This document shows positions 1 to 15,000 of a stretch of 64,000 nt of DNA, piece by piece. The DNA is taken from assembly GCF_009914755.1 (NCBI RefSeq), contig NC_060926.1, one strand, 5' to 3'. This DNA comes from the human T2T-CHM13v2.0 reference genome, Homo sapiens. Both the position numbers and the translations under genes were made by a program. Within the stretch, counting starts at the first letter, position 1; every line of letters starts with the position of its first letter. The notes under the pieces were generated by a model that was not told the origin of the DNA, ran no database searches, and saw nothing but the letters and a program-made list of their open reading frames with translations.

Positions 1-3000
1 TTCCATTTGATGATGATTCCATTCGATTCCATTCAATGATGATTCCCTGTGTTTCCATTCTATTATTCCATTCAATTCCATTCTATGATAATTCCATTTG
101 TGTCCATTAGATGACTCCATTCGATTCCATTCAATGATGATTCCTTTCAAGTCCTTTCAGTGATTCCATTAGGTTCCATTCAATGATGATTCCATACAAT
201 TCCATTCGATGATTCCATTTGATTCCACTCAATGATGATTCCATTCCCTTTCATTAGATGATTCCATTTGATTCCATTCAATGATGATTCCATTGGAGTC
301 CATTTGATGATTCTGTTCGATTCCATTCAATGATTCTACTCGATTCCTTTTGATGATTGCATTTGATTCCATTCGATGATTCCGTTGTATTCCATTCGAT
401 GATTCACTTCGATTCCTTCTGATGATGATTCCATTTGATTCCATTCAATGAGTCCATTCGATTCTATTTGATGATAATTCCATTTGATTCCATTCAATGA
501 TAAATCCATTCAATTCCTTTTGATGATTATTCCATTCGATTCCATTTGATGACGATTCCATTTGATTCCATTCGATGATGATTCCATTCTATTCAATTTG
601 ATGATGGTTCTATTAGATTCCATTTGATGTTTCCATTCGATTCCATTTGATGATGATTCCATTCTTTCCATTCCCTGATTCGTTTTGATCCCATTGGATG
701 TTGATTCCTTTCGAATACATTCGATGATTCCATGTGATTTAATTCGATGATGACTCTCTTCGATTCAATTTGATCATTCCGTTCAATTCCATTCGATGAT
801 GATTGCCTTCTATTCCATTCGAGGATTCCATTCGATTCCATGTGATCATGATACCATTAGATTCCATTCAATGATGATTCCATTCGTTTCCATTCGATGA
901 TGATTCTGTTCGATTCCATTGATGACGATTACATTTGAGTCTGTTCGATGATTCCATTCGAGTCCATTTGATGATTCCATTCCAGCCCATTCGATGATGA
1001 TTCAATTTGATTCTATTCGATGATGATTCTGTTTGAGTCCATTTGATGATTCCATTTGATTCCATTCCATAAGGATTCCATTCTTGTCCATTTGATGATT
1101 CTATTCGATTCCATTTGATTAAGATTCAATTCCAGTCCATTTGATGATTCCATTCGATTCATTTCAATGATGATACCATTTGATTCCATTCGTTGATTCC
1201 ATCCGATTCCATTTGATGATGATTCCATTCGTGTCCATTTGATGATTCTATTCGAATCCACTCGATGATTGCTTTTGATTCCATTCGATGATGATTCCAT
1301 TCTATTCCATTCGATGACGATTCCATTCATGTCCATTCTATGATTTAATTTAATTCCATTCAATGATGATTCCATTGGTTTCCATTCAATGATTCTATTC
1401 GATTCCATTTGATGATGCTTCCATTCTAGTCCATTCGCTGATTCCATTCGATTCCAATTGATGATTCCCTTCGAGTCCATTCATTGATTCCAATCGAGTG
1501 CATTCGATGATTCTATTCTGATCCATTCAATGATGATTCCATCTGAGTCCATTCGATGATGATTCCATTCAATTCCAATAGATGATTCCATTCGATTCCA
1601 CTCGATGATTCACTTCAATTCCTTTTGATGATGATTCCATTCGATTCCATTCAATGATTCCATTGGATTCCATTCAGTGATGATTCCATTCGATTCCTTT
1701 TGATGGTGATTCCATTAGATTCCATTTGATGATAATTACATATGATCCCAGTGATGACAATTGCATTCTAGTACATTCAATGATTCCATTCGAGTCTATT
1801 TGATGATTTCATTCGAGTCCATTCAATGATGATTCTATTTGTTTCCATTCGAGGATGATTCCATTCGAGTCCATTCATTGATTCCATTCAATTCCATTCG
1901 ATGAGGATTGCATTCATGTCCATTCGATGTTTCCATTCGATTCCATTCGATGATGATTCCATTCGATTCCATTCCATGATAATTCCATTCGATGCCATTC
2001 GATGATCATTCTATAAGAATCCATTCGAAGATGACCACTTTACATTCGATTTGATGATGATTCCATTCGTTTCCATTCAATGATGATTCCATTGGATTCC
2101 ATTCGATGATTCCATTCGATTCCCTTTACTCATGATTCTATTCTATTCCACTTGATGATGATTCTCTTCAATTCCATTCGATGATGATCCCATTCGATTC
2201 CATTCGATGATGATTCCATTGGATTCCATTTGATGATGATTCCATTCGATTTCATTTGATGATGCTATTCGATTCCATTCGATAATTATTCCATTCTATT
2301 CCTTTTGATGATTCCATTAGATTCCATTCGATTATGATTCTATTCGATTCCATTCGATGTTGTTTCCATTTGATTCCATTCCATGATGATTCAATTTGAT
2401 GATGATTCGATTCGACTCCGTTAGATGATTCTATTTGATTCCAGTCGATGATGATTCCATTTGATGCCATTCGATGATTCCATTCGGTTTCATTCGATGA
2501 AGATTCCATTCGATTCCTTTTGATGATTCCATTCATTTCAATTCGATGATGATCCATTTGAGTATATTCCATGATTCCATTCGATTCCATTCGATGATGA
2601 TTCCATTCGAGTCCATTCATTGATTCCATTCGATTTCATTCGATGATGATTCCTTTTGATTCCATTCAATGACGATTCCATTAGAGTCCATTCGATGTTT
2701 CCACTCAAATCCATTCGATGATGATGCCATTCGAGTCCATTCAATGATTCCATTCGATTCCATTCGATGATTCCATTCGGTTCCATGTGATGATGATTCC
2801 ATTGGATTCCCTTCATTTATGATTCCGTTCATTTCCATTCGATGATTCCATTTGGTTCTATTCGATAATGATTCCATTCGATTCCATTCGATGATAATTC
2901 CATTTCATTCCTTTCTATGATGATTGCATTCGATTCCATTCAATGATGATTCCATTCGATTCCATTTGATGATGATTCCATTCGATTCTATTCGACGATG

Positions 3001-6000
3001 ATTCCAACCGAGTCCATTCGATGATTCCATTCGATTCCATTTGATGATGCTTCCATTCTATTCCATTCATTGTTTCCATTCGATTCCATTGGATGATGAT
3101 TCCTTTCCAATGCTTTCGATGATTCCATGTGATTTAATTTGACGATGACTCTATTCAATTCAATTCAATGATTCCATATGATTACACTCAATTATGATTG
3201 CATTTGATTCCATTCTATGATTCCATTCTATTCCATGCAATGATAATTCCAATCGAGTCCATTTGATGATTCCATTAGATTCTATTCGATGATTCCATAC
3301 GAATCCTTTTGATGATGATTCCTTTCGAGTCCATTCGATTATTCCATTCGAGTCCATTCAATGATGATTTTACTCTATTCCATTCCATGATTCCATTCGA
3401 TTTCATTCGATGATGATTCCATTTGATGCTATTCGATGATTCCATTCAATTTCTTTCGATGATTATTCCATTCAATTCCTTTCGATGATTGCATGTGATT
3501 CAATTTGATGATGATTCCATTCGAGTCCATTCGATGATGATTCCATTCGATTCCATTTGATGATGATTCCATTCGATTCCATTTGATGATGATTCCATTC
3601 AATTCCATTCGATGATGATTCCATTTCATTTCATTTGATGATTCTATTCGATTCCATTTGATGATGATTCAATTCTCTTCCACTGGATGATTCCACTTGA
3701 TTCCATTTGATGATGATTCCATTCAATTCCATTCGATGATTATTCCATTCGGGTCTATTCGATGATCACATTCGAGTCCATTTAATGATTCCATTGGGTT
3801 AAATTCGATCACGATTACATTGGATTCCATTCTATGCTTCCATCGATTCCACTCATTGATGATTCCATTCGATTCCATTCAATGATTATTCCATTCGATT
3901 TCATTCGATGATTCTTTTCGATTCCATTCGATGTTGATTCCATTCTATTCCATTGGATGATGATTCCATTCGAGTCCATTCAATGATGATTCCATTCAAT
4001 TTCATTCAATGATTCTATTGTATTCCATTCGATGATGATTCCATCTGATTCCATTCGATGAATCCATTCGATTCCATTCTAAGATGATTCCATTCGTTTC
4101 CATCCAATGATAATTCCATTCGATTCCATTCAATGATTCCATTTGATTCCATTTGATGATGATTCCAATCAATTCCATTTGATGATTCCATTCGAATACA
4201 TTCGATGATGAGTTCATCCGTTTCAATTCCGTGATGATTCCAGTCCATTCAATTCGAGGGTGTTTCCATTTGATTCCATTCGATGTTGATTCCATTCGAT
4301 TCCATTGGATGATGATTCCGTTCGAGTCCATTCGATGATGATTCCATTCGAGTCCATTTGATGATGATCACATTGGATTTCATTCAATAATTTTATTTGA
4401 TTCCATTCGATGATGATTCCATCTGATTCCATTCGATGATTTCATTCGATTCCATTCGATGATGATTCCATTCATTTCCATCCGATGATGATTCCATTCA
4501 ATTCCATTTGATGATTCCATTTGAGTAAATTCAATATTTCCATTTGATACCATTCGATGATGATTCCATTTGAGTCCATTCCATGATTCCATTCGAGTCC
4601 ATTCAATGATTCCATTCGATTCCATTCGATGAAGATTCCATTAGAGTCCATTCGATGATTCCATTTGATTCCATTTGATGATGATTCCATTTGATGATGA
4701 TTCCATTCGAGTCCATTTGATGATTCCATTCCATTCAATTCGATGGTGTTTCCATTTGATTCCATTCGATGTTGATTCCATTCGATTCCATTGGATGATG
4801 ATTCCGTTCGAGTCCATTCGATGATGATTCCATTCGAGTCCATTTGATGATGATCACATTGCATTTCATTCGATAATTGTATTCGATTCCATTCGATGAT
4901 GATTCCATCTGATTCCATTCGATGATTTCATTCAATTCCATTCGATGATGATTCCATTCATTTCCATCCGATGATGATTCCATTCAATTCCATTTGATGA
5001 TTCCATTTGAGTAAATTCAATATTTCCATTTGATACCATTCGATGATGATTCCATTTGAGTCCATTCCATGATTCCATTCGAGTCCATTCAATGATTCCA
5101 TTCGATTCCATTCGATGAAGATTCCATTCGAGTCCATTCAATGATTCCATTTGATTCCATTTGATGATGATTCCATTCGAGTCCATTTGATGATTCCATT
5201 TCATTCCATTTGATGATGATTCCATTCGAGTCCATTCGTTGTTTCCATTTGATTCCATTCGATGATGATTCCATTCGAGTCCATTGATTATTCCATTCCT
5301 TTCCATTCAATGATTTCGTTCGAGTCCATTAGATGATTCTATTCAATTCCATTCGATAATTCCGTTCGATTCCATTTGATGTTGATTCCATTTGAGCCCA
5401 TTTGATGATTACTCCATTCGATTCTATTCAATGATTCCATTTGATTCCATTTGATGATGATACCATTCGAGACCATTTGATGATTCCATTGAATTCACTT
5501 GATAATGATTCCGTTCAATTCCATTCGATGATTCCATTAGATTCCATTTGATGATGATTCCATTCGATTCCATTCGATGATGATTTCATGTGATTCCATT
5601 CGATGATGACTCCTTTTGGTCCATTCGATGATGATTCCATTTTGTTGCATTCAATGATGTTTCCTTTGGATTCCATTCGATGATGTTTCCATTCAATTCC
5701 ATTCAATGATTCCATTCGTTTCTATTCAATGATAATTCCAATCGAGTTCATTGATTATTCCATTACATTCCATTCGATGATTCCATTTGAGTCCATTCAA
5801 TGATTCTATTCGATTCCATTCAATAATTCCATTCGATTCCATTTGATGATGATTCCATTCGAGTCCATTTGATGATTATTCCATTCGATTCTATTCGGTG
5901 ATTCCATCCGATTCCATTTGATAATTATTCCATTCAAGACCATTCAATGATACCATTCAATTCATTCTGTCATGATTTCATTGAATTCCATTCGATGATT

Positions 6001-9000
6001 CCATTCGAGTCTATTTGATGATTCCATTAGAGTCCATTCAACAAAGATTCTATTTGATTCCATTTGATGATGATTGCATTCGGGTCCATTTGATGATTCC
6101 ATTCACTTCCATTCGATGGGGATTCCATTCATTTCCATTCGATTATTGCATTAGATTCTATTCAATGAGGATTCCTTTACTGTCCATTAGATGATTCCAT
6201 TTGATTCCATTCGATGATGATTCCATTCAATTCCTTTCGTTAATTCCATTACATTCCATTGGATGATGATTCCATTCATGTCCATTTGATGATTCTTTTC
6301 AAATCCATTCGATTTTTTTTATTCCATTCGATGATGATTCCATTTGATGATGATTCCATTCGATGCCATTCTATGGTTCCATTTGATTCTATTCGATGAT
6401 GATTCCATTTGATTCCATTGGATAATTCTATTTGATTCTGTTTGAGATGATTGCATTCGATTCCATTCAATGATTTAATTAGATTCCATTTGATGATCAT
6501 TCCATTCGATTCCATTTGATGACTCCATTCTATTCCATTGAATGATTATTCCATTGAATGCCATTTGATGATTCCATTCAATTCCATTCGATGATGATTC
6601 CATTCGAGTCCATTCAATGATTCCATTCAATTCTATTCGATGATGATTCCATTCGAGTCCATTCGATGATTCCATTCAATTCCATTCGATGATGATTCCA
6701 TTCAAGTCCATTCGATTATTCCTTTAGATTCCATTCATTGATTATTCTATTCTATGTCATTCGATGATTCCATTCGATTCCATTCAATGATGATTCCATT
6801 TGAGTCCATTCAATGTTTCCATTCGATTCTATTCAATGATGATTCCATTCATGTCCATTCGATGATTCCATTTGATTCTATTCGATGATGATTCCATTCA
6901 AGTCCATTCAATGATTCCATTCTGTTCCATTTGATGTTGTTTCCATTTGAATACATTTGATGATTCCATTCGATTCCATTCAATGATTCCCTTCTATCCC
7001 ACTAGATGATTCCCTTTGATTCCATTGGATGATCATTCCATTCAATTCAGTGATCCCATTGGATTCCATTTGATGATGATTCCATTAGATTACACTCCAT
7101 GATGATTCCATTTGGTTCCATGCGATGATGATGCCATTAGATTCCATTCGATGATTCCATGCGATTCCATTCGTTGATGATTCCATTAGATTCCATTCGA
7201 TGATGATTCCATTCAATTCCATTCGTTGATGATTCCATTAGATTCCATTCGATTATGATTCTATTTGATTCCATTCGATGATGATTCCATTCGTTTTCAT
7301 TCAATCATTCTATTCGATTGCATTCGATGATGATTCCTTTATATTCCATTTGATGATTCCATTCTGTTCCATCTGATGATGATTCAAATCAATTCCGTTT
7401 GATGATGATTCCATTCAATTCCATTCAATGAAAATTCCATTCTCGTCCATTTGATTACTCCATTCATTTGCATTCAATGATGATTCCATTCGAGTCCAGT
7501 CGATGTTTCCCTTCATTTCCATTCGATGATGATTCCATTCGATTCCATTCAATGATTCCATTTGAGTCCACTCAATGATTCCTTTCTGTTCCATTTGATG
7601 ATGATACCATTGCATTCCATTCATTGATGATTCCATTTGATTCCATTCGATGATGATTCATTTCGATTCCATTCCATGATGATTCCATTCGAGTCCATTC
7701 GATGATGATTCCATCAATTCCTTTCGATGATTCCATTCAATACCATTCAATGATGATTCAATTTGTGTCCATTCAATGATTCCTTTCAATTTCATTTGAT
7801 GATGATTCCTTTGGTTTCCATTAAATGATGATTCCATTCGAGTCCATTTGATGTTTCCATTCGATTCCATTCGATGATGATTCCATTCGAATCCATTCAA
7901 TGATTCCATTTTTGTCAATTCGATGATTCCATTTGGTTCCATTTGATGATGATACCATTGGATTCCATTCGTTGATGATTCCATTCGATTCCATTCGATG
8001 ATGATCCCATTCTATTCCATTCGATGATGATTCTATTCGATGATGCTTCCATTACATTTCATTCGGTGATGATTTTATTCGAGTCCATTTGTTGATTCCT
8101 TCGATTCCATTCGATGATGATTCCAATTGAATCCATTCTATTATTCCATTCAAGTCCATACGATGAATCCATTAGATCCCAATCGATGATTCCATTAGAT
8201 TCCATTCAATGATTCCATTTGAGTACATTTGATGATTCCATTCGATTCCATCCCATGATGATTCCATTTGAGTTCATTCGATGTTTCCATTGGATTCCTT
8301 TCGATGATGATTCCATTCGAGTCCATTCGATGATTCCATTCAACCCCATTCGATGATTCCATTCCATTCCATTTGATGATGATTCCATTGGATTCCATTT
8401 GTTGATGATTTCATTCAATTCCATTCGATGATGATTCCATTTGATTCCATTCGTTGATGATTCCATTATATTCCATTTGATTATGATTCCATTCGATTCC
8501 ATTCAATGATGATTCCATTGGTTTTCATTCGATGATTCTATTCAATTCCATTCGATGATGATTACTTTCTATTCCATTTGATGATTCCATTCGATTCCAT
8601 CTGATGATGATTCAAATCAATTCCGTTTGATGATGATTCCTTTCAATTCCATTCAATGAAAATTCCACTCGTGTCCATTTGATTACTCCATTCATTTCCA
8701 TTAGATGATTATTCCATTCACATCCATTAGATGCCTGCATTCGATTCGATTTCATGATGATTCATTTGATGCCATTTGATGATTCCATTTGATTCCATTC
8801 GATGATGATTCCAAACGATTCCATTCGATGATTCCATTCAATTCCATTCGATTATGATTGCATTTGATTCCATTCGCTGATTGCATTTGATTCCATTCGA
8901 TGATAATTTCATTCGAGTCCATTCGACATTTCCATTCCATTCCATTCGAAGATGATTCCATTCGATTCCATTTGATGATTCTATTCGATTCTATTCGATC

Positions 9001-12000
9001 ATTCCATTCGAGTCCATTCGATGATTCCATTTGATTCCATTCAATGAAGATTCCATTCAAGTCCATTTGACGATGATTCCATTCAATTCCATTCGATGAT
9101 TTCGTTCTATTCCATTCAATGATTCACTTCGATTCCTTTAGATGATGATTCCTTTTAATTCCATTCGATGATGATTCCATTCTATTCAATTCGATGATGA
9201 TTCCTTTCAATTCCATTCGATAATTCCATTCGATTCCATTAGATGATGATTCCATTCAATTCCATTTATTGATTCCATTCAATTCCTTTGGATGATGATT
9301 CTTTTCAAATACATTCAATGATTCCATGGGATTTCATTCGATGGTGACTCTATTCAATTCCATTTGATGATTCCATTCATTTCCATTTGATGATTCCCTT
9401 CGATTCCATGCGATGATGATTCCATTCGAGTCTGTTCGATGATTCCATTCAATTCCATTCCATGACGATTCAATTCGTGTCCATTCTATGACACAATTCT
9501 ATTCCTTTCAATGATGATTCCATTCCAGTTCATGAGATGATTCCATTCGATGATCATTTGATTCCTTTCGATTTTTCCATTTGATTTCATTCGATGATGT
9601 TTTTATTCGAGTCCATTCGATGATTCCATTCGATTCCATTCGATGATTATTCTTTTCAAGGCCTTTCAAAGATTCCATTCGATTCCATTCGATTATGATT
9701 CCATTCGATTCCATTCGATGATTCCATTTGATTCCATTCAATGATTCCATTTGATTCCATTCGATGATTCCCTTCGATTCCATTCAATGATCATTCCATT
9801 CGATTCCATTAGATGATTTCATTCGATTCCAATCAATGATGATTCCATTTGAGGCCATTCAATGATTCCATTCGATTCCATTTGATGATGATTCCATCCA
9901 ATGCCATTCGATGATTCTATTCAATTTCATCCGATGATGATTCCATTCGAGTCTATTCGATGATTCCTTTTGAATCCATTCTATGATGATTCCATTTGAT
10001 GTTTCCATTCAATTCCATTCTATGATGTTTCCTTTTGAGTCCATTTGATGATTCCATTTGATTGCATTCGGTGATTCCTTTCTATTCCGTTTGATGATGA
10101 GTCCATTCGATTCAATTCCATGAGTATTCCATTCGATTCAATTTGATGATATTTCCATTCGAGTCCATTCAATGATTTCATTCCATTCCATTAGACAATG
10201 GTTCCGTTCGATGCCATTCAATGATTCCATTCGATTCCATTTGATGTTGATTCCACTGGATTCCATTCAATGATTCCATTTGATTCCGTTTGATGATGAT
10301 TCCATTGGATTCCATTCGATGATTCCATTCCATTCCATTCGATGATGATTCCAATCGAGTCCATTTGATGATACCATTTGATTCCATTCAATCATTCCAT
10401 TCGAGTCCATTCAAAGATTCCATTAGTTTCCATTAGATGATGATTCCATTCGAGTCCATTCCATGAATCCATTCGTTTCCATTTGATGATGTTTCCATTA
10501 GAGTCCACTCAATGATTCCATTCGATTCCACTCGATGATGATTCCATTTGATTCCATTGGATGATTCCATTCGATGCCATTCGATGATGATTTCATTAGT
10601 GTCCATTTGATGATTATTCCATTTGAGGTCATTCGATGAGTCCTTTCGATTCTATTCGATGATGATTCCATTCGTTTCCATTCGATGGTGACTCCATTCG
10701 ATTCCATTTGATGATGACTCCTTCTGATTGCATTGTATGATTCCATTCGATTCCATTGAATGATGATTCCATTCAAGCCCATTCGATGATTTCATTCGAT
10801 TCCATTCTATTATTCATTTCGATTCCATTCTATGATGATTCCATTCAATTCCATTCGATAATTAGATTCAATTACCTTCGATGATTCTATTCGATTACAC
10901 TCGATGATTCCTTTCCAGCCCATTTGTCGATTCCATATGAGTCCATTCGATGATTCCATTCGATTTCATCTGATGATGATTCCATTAGAGTCAATTCAAT
11001 GATGATTCCATTCCTTTCCATTTGACGATTCCATTCGATGATTCATTTTGACTCCATTTGATGATGACTCCATTCGATTCCATTCGATGATTCACTTTGA
11101 TTCCATTTGATGATGATTCCATTCGATTCCAATTGATGATTCCATTCAATTACATTCGATGAGGATTCCATTCGATTCCATTTGATGATGATTCCATTAG
11201 ATTCCATTTGATGATTCCATTCGATTCCACTAATTGATGATTCCATTCGATTCCATTTGATAATTATTCTATTCAGTTCCATTCGATGATGATTCTATTC
11301 GATTCCATTCAATGATTCCATTCGATTCCATTTGATGATTCACTTCGATTCCTTTTGATGATGATTCCATTCAATTCCATACAACGATTCCATTTGATTC
11401 CATTCGATAATTCCATTCGATCCCATTCGATGATTTCTTTTCAAGCCATTCAATGATGATTCCATTCGAGTCCATTCAGTGATTCCATTCGATTCCATTC
11501 AATGATTCCCTTCAATTCCTTTCAATGATGAGTCCATTCATTTCAATTCCATGATGATTCCATTCGACTCAATTCGATATTTCCCTTTGAGACCATTTGA
11601 TGACTCCATTCGATTATATTCGATGATGATTCCATTAGTGTCCATTTTATATTTCCATTTGATTCCATTCGGTGATTCCATTCTAGTCCATTCGATGATT
11701 CCATTTGAGTGCATTCGGTGATTCCATTCTATTCCATTCGATGATGATTCCATTCAAGTTTATTCAAAGATGATTCCGTTTGATTCCATTCGATGATTCC
11801 ATTCGATTACATTCTATGATTCACTTTGAATCCTTTTGATGATGATTCCATTTGATTCCATTTGATGATTCCATTCGATTCAATTCGATGATGATTCCTT
11901 TTGATTCCTTATGATGATGATTCCTTTCGATTCCATTTGATGATAAATCCATTCGATTCCATTGATGATGATTGCATTCAAATCCGTTCAATGATTCCAT

Positions 12001-15000
12001 TGAATTCCATTCGATGATGATTCCATTCGATTCCATTCAATGATGATTCCATTCGATTCCATTTGATGATGATTCCATTTGATTCCATTCTATGATGACT
12101 CCATTAGGTTTCATGTGATGATGATTCCATTTGGTTCCATCTGATGATTCCATTAGATTCCATTAGGTGATTCCATTCAATTGCATTCATTGATGTTTCC
12201 GTTCAATTCCATTGAATGATTATTCCATTCGATGATGATTCCTTTCAATTCCCTTCAATGATGTTTCCTTTCAATTTCATTCAATGATTCTATTCGATTC
12301 AGTTCGATGATGATTCCATTCTATTCCATTCTATGATTCCATTTGATTCCATTCAATGATGATTCACTTCTATTCCTTTCGATGATTCCATTCAATTCCA
12401 TTCGACGATTCCATTCGAGTCCATTAGATGATTCCGTTCAATTCCATTCGATGATGATTCCGTTCGAGTGCATTCGATGATGACTTCATTCGATTCCATG
12501 TGATGTTTCCTACCGATTCTATTCGGTGATGATTCCATTCAATTTCATTCAATGATAATTCCATTCTATTCCATTTGATGACGCTTCCGTTTGATTCCTT
12601 TTGATGGTTATTCGATTCGATTGAATTCAATGATGATTCCATCAGATTCCATTGGATTATTCCATTCCATTCCATTTTATGATGATTCCATTCCATTCCA
12701 TTCATTGATTCCACGTGATTGCATTGCATGATGATTCCTTTCGAATCCATTCAATGATTAAATATGATTTCATTTGATAAATACTCTTCGATTCAATTCA
12801 ATGATTCTGTTCAATTCCATTCGATGATTATTGCATTCGATTCCATGTGATGTTTATTCCATTCGAGTCGATTCAATGTTTCCATTTGATTCCATTCGAT
12901 GATGATTCCATTTGATTCCATTCGATGATTCCATTCGATTCCATTCGAAGATGATTCCATTTGATTCCATTTATGATGACTGCATTTGAGTCCATACAGT
13001 GATACTATTCGAGTCCATTTGTTGATTCCATGAGAGTCCATTCTATGATATTTCCATTCGATTCTATTCAATGATGATTCCATTCTATTTCATTTAATGA
13101 TTCTATTCGATTTCATTCGATGATGATTCCATCCTATTCCATTCGATGATTCCTTTTGATTCCATTTGATGATGATTCCATTCATTCCACCCGATGACGA
13201 TTCCGTTTGATTCCATTCGATGATGATTCCATTCAATTTCATTCAATGATTCCATTCAATTCCATTCGATGATGATTCCATTCGAGTCCATTCAGTGATT
13301 CCATTCAATTCCATTCAATGATGATTCCATTCGATGTCATTCAATGATTCCATTCCTTTTCATTCGATGATGATTCTATTTGATTCCATTCCATGACTCC
13401 ATTTGATTTCATTCAATCATGATGCCATTCGAGGACATTTAATGATTCTATTCGATTCCATAGGATAATTCCATTTGAGTGCAAACAATGATTCCATTCG
13501 AGTCCATTCGATGATTCCATTGGATTCCATTCCATGATTATTAAATTCGTGTCTATTCGATGATGATTCCACTCAATTCTATTTGATGATTCCTTTCGAT
13601 TCCATTCAATGATGTTTCTATTTGAGTCCATTCGATGATTCCATTCAAATACATTCGAGGAGGATTCCATTCCAGTCCATTAGATGATTCCATTAGATAA
13701 TAATTCCATTTGTTTCCTTTTGATGATTCCATTCAATTCCATTCAATGATGATTCCATTGGACCCCATTTAATGATGATTCCATTCGAGTCCATTCGTTG
13801 ATTCAGTTCAAATCCATTCGGTGTTGATTCCATTCGATTTCATCGTTAGATTTCATTCGATTCCATTCGAAGTTTCCATTCGATTCCATTCATTGATGAG
13901 TCCGTTCGATTTCATTTGATGATTTAATTTTATTCCATTCGATGATGATTCTATTCTTGTCCACTCGATGATTGCATTCGAGTCCATTCGATGATTCCAT
14001 TCGATTGCAATCCAGGAGGATTCCATTCGTGTCCATTCAATGAATGCATTCAATTCCATTCTATTAGATTCCATTTCCAGTCCATTCGATGACTTCATTC
14101 GATTCATTTCGATGATGATGCCATTTGATTCCATTCGTTGGTTCCATCCAATTCCATGCAATGATGATTTCATTCATGTCCATTCAATGGTTCTATTCAA
14201 ATCAATTTGATGATTGCTTTAGATTCCATTCAAAGATGATTCCATTGGATTCCATTTGATGATGATTCCATTCGATACCATTTGATGATTTAATTCGATT
14301 CCATTCGATGATGATTCCATTCCCTTCCATTCGATGATGCTATTCGATTCCATTCTATGATGATTCCATTTGACTCCATTCGATGATTCCATTCGATTCC
14401 ATTTGATGAGGATGCCATTCGTTTCCATTTGATGATTCCATTCAATTTCATTAGGTGATGATTCCATTCCATTCCATTCGATGATTCCATTCGAGAATGA
14501 TTCCATTCGATTCCATTTGAAGATTACTTTCGATATCATTTGAAGTTGTTTCTTTTCGAGTGCACTTGATGATTCCATTCGATTCCATTCAATGATGATT
14601 CCATTCGAGTCCATTCGAAGATTCCATTTGATTCCATTTGATGATGATTCCATTTGAGTCCATTCAATGATTCCATTCGATTCCTTTCGATGATCATTCC
14701 ATTTGATTCCACTCGATGATTCCACTCGATTCCAATCTATGATTATTCCATTCGATTCCATTCGATGATGATTCCATTTGATTCCATTCGGTGATGATTC
14801 CATTAAATTCCATTCGATGATGACACCAATAGATTCCATTTGATGATGATTCCATTCGGTTCCATTGCTTGATGATTCCATTAAATTCCATTCGATGATT
14901 CCATTCGATTCCATTCATTGGTGATTCCATTCGATTCCATTCAATGATGATTCCATTCGATTCCATTCGATGATGATTCCATTCAATTCCATTTGATGAT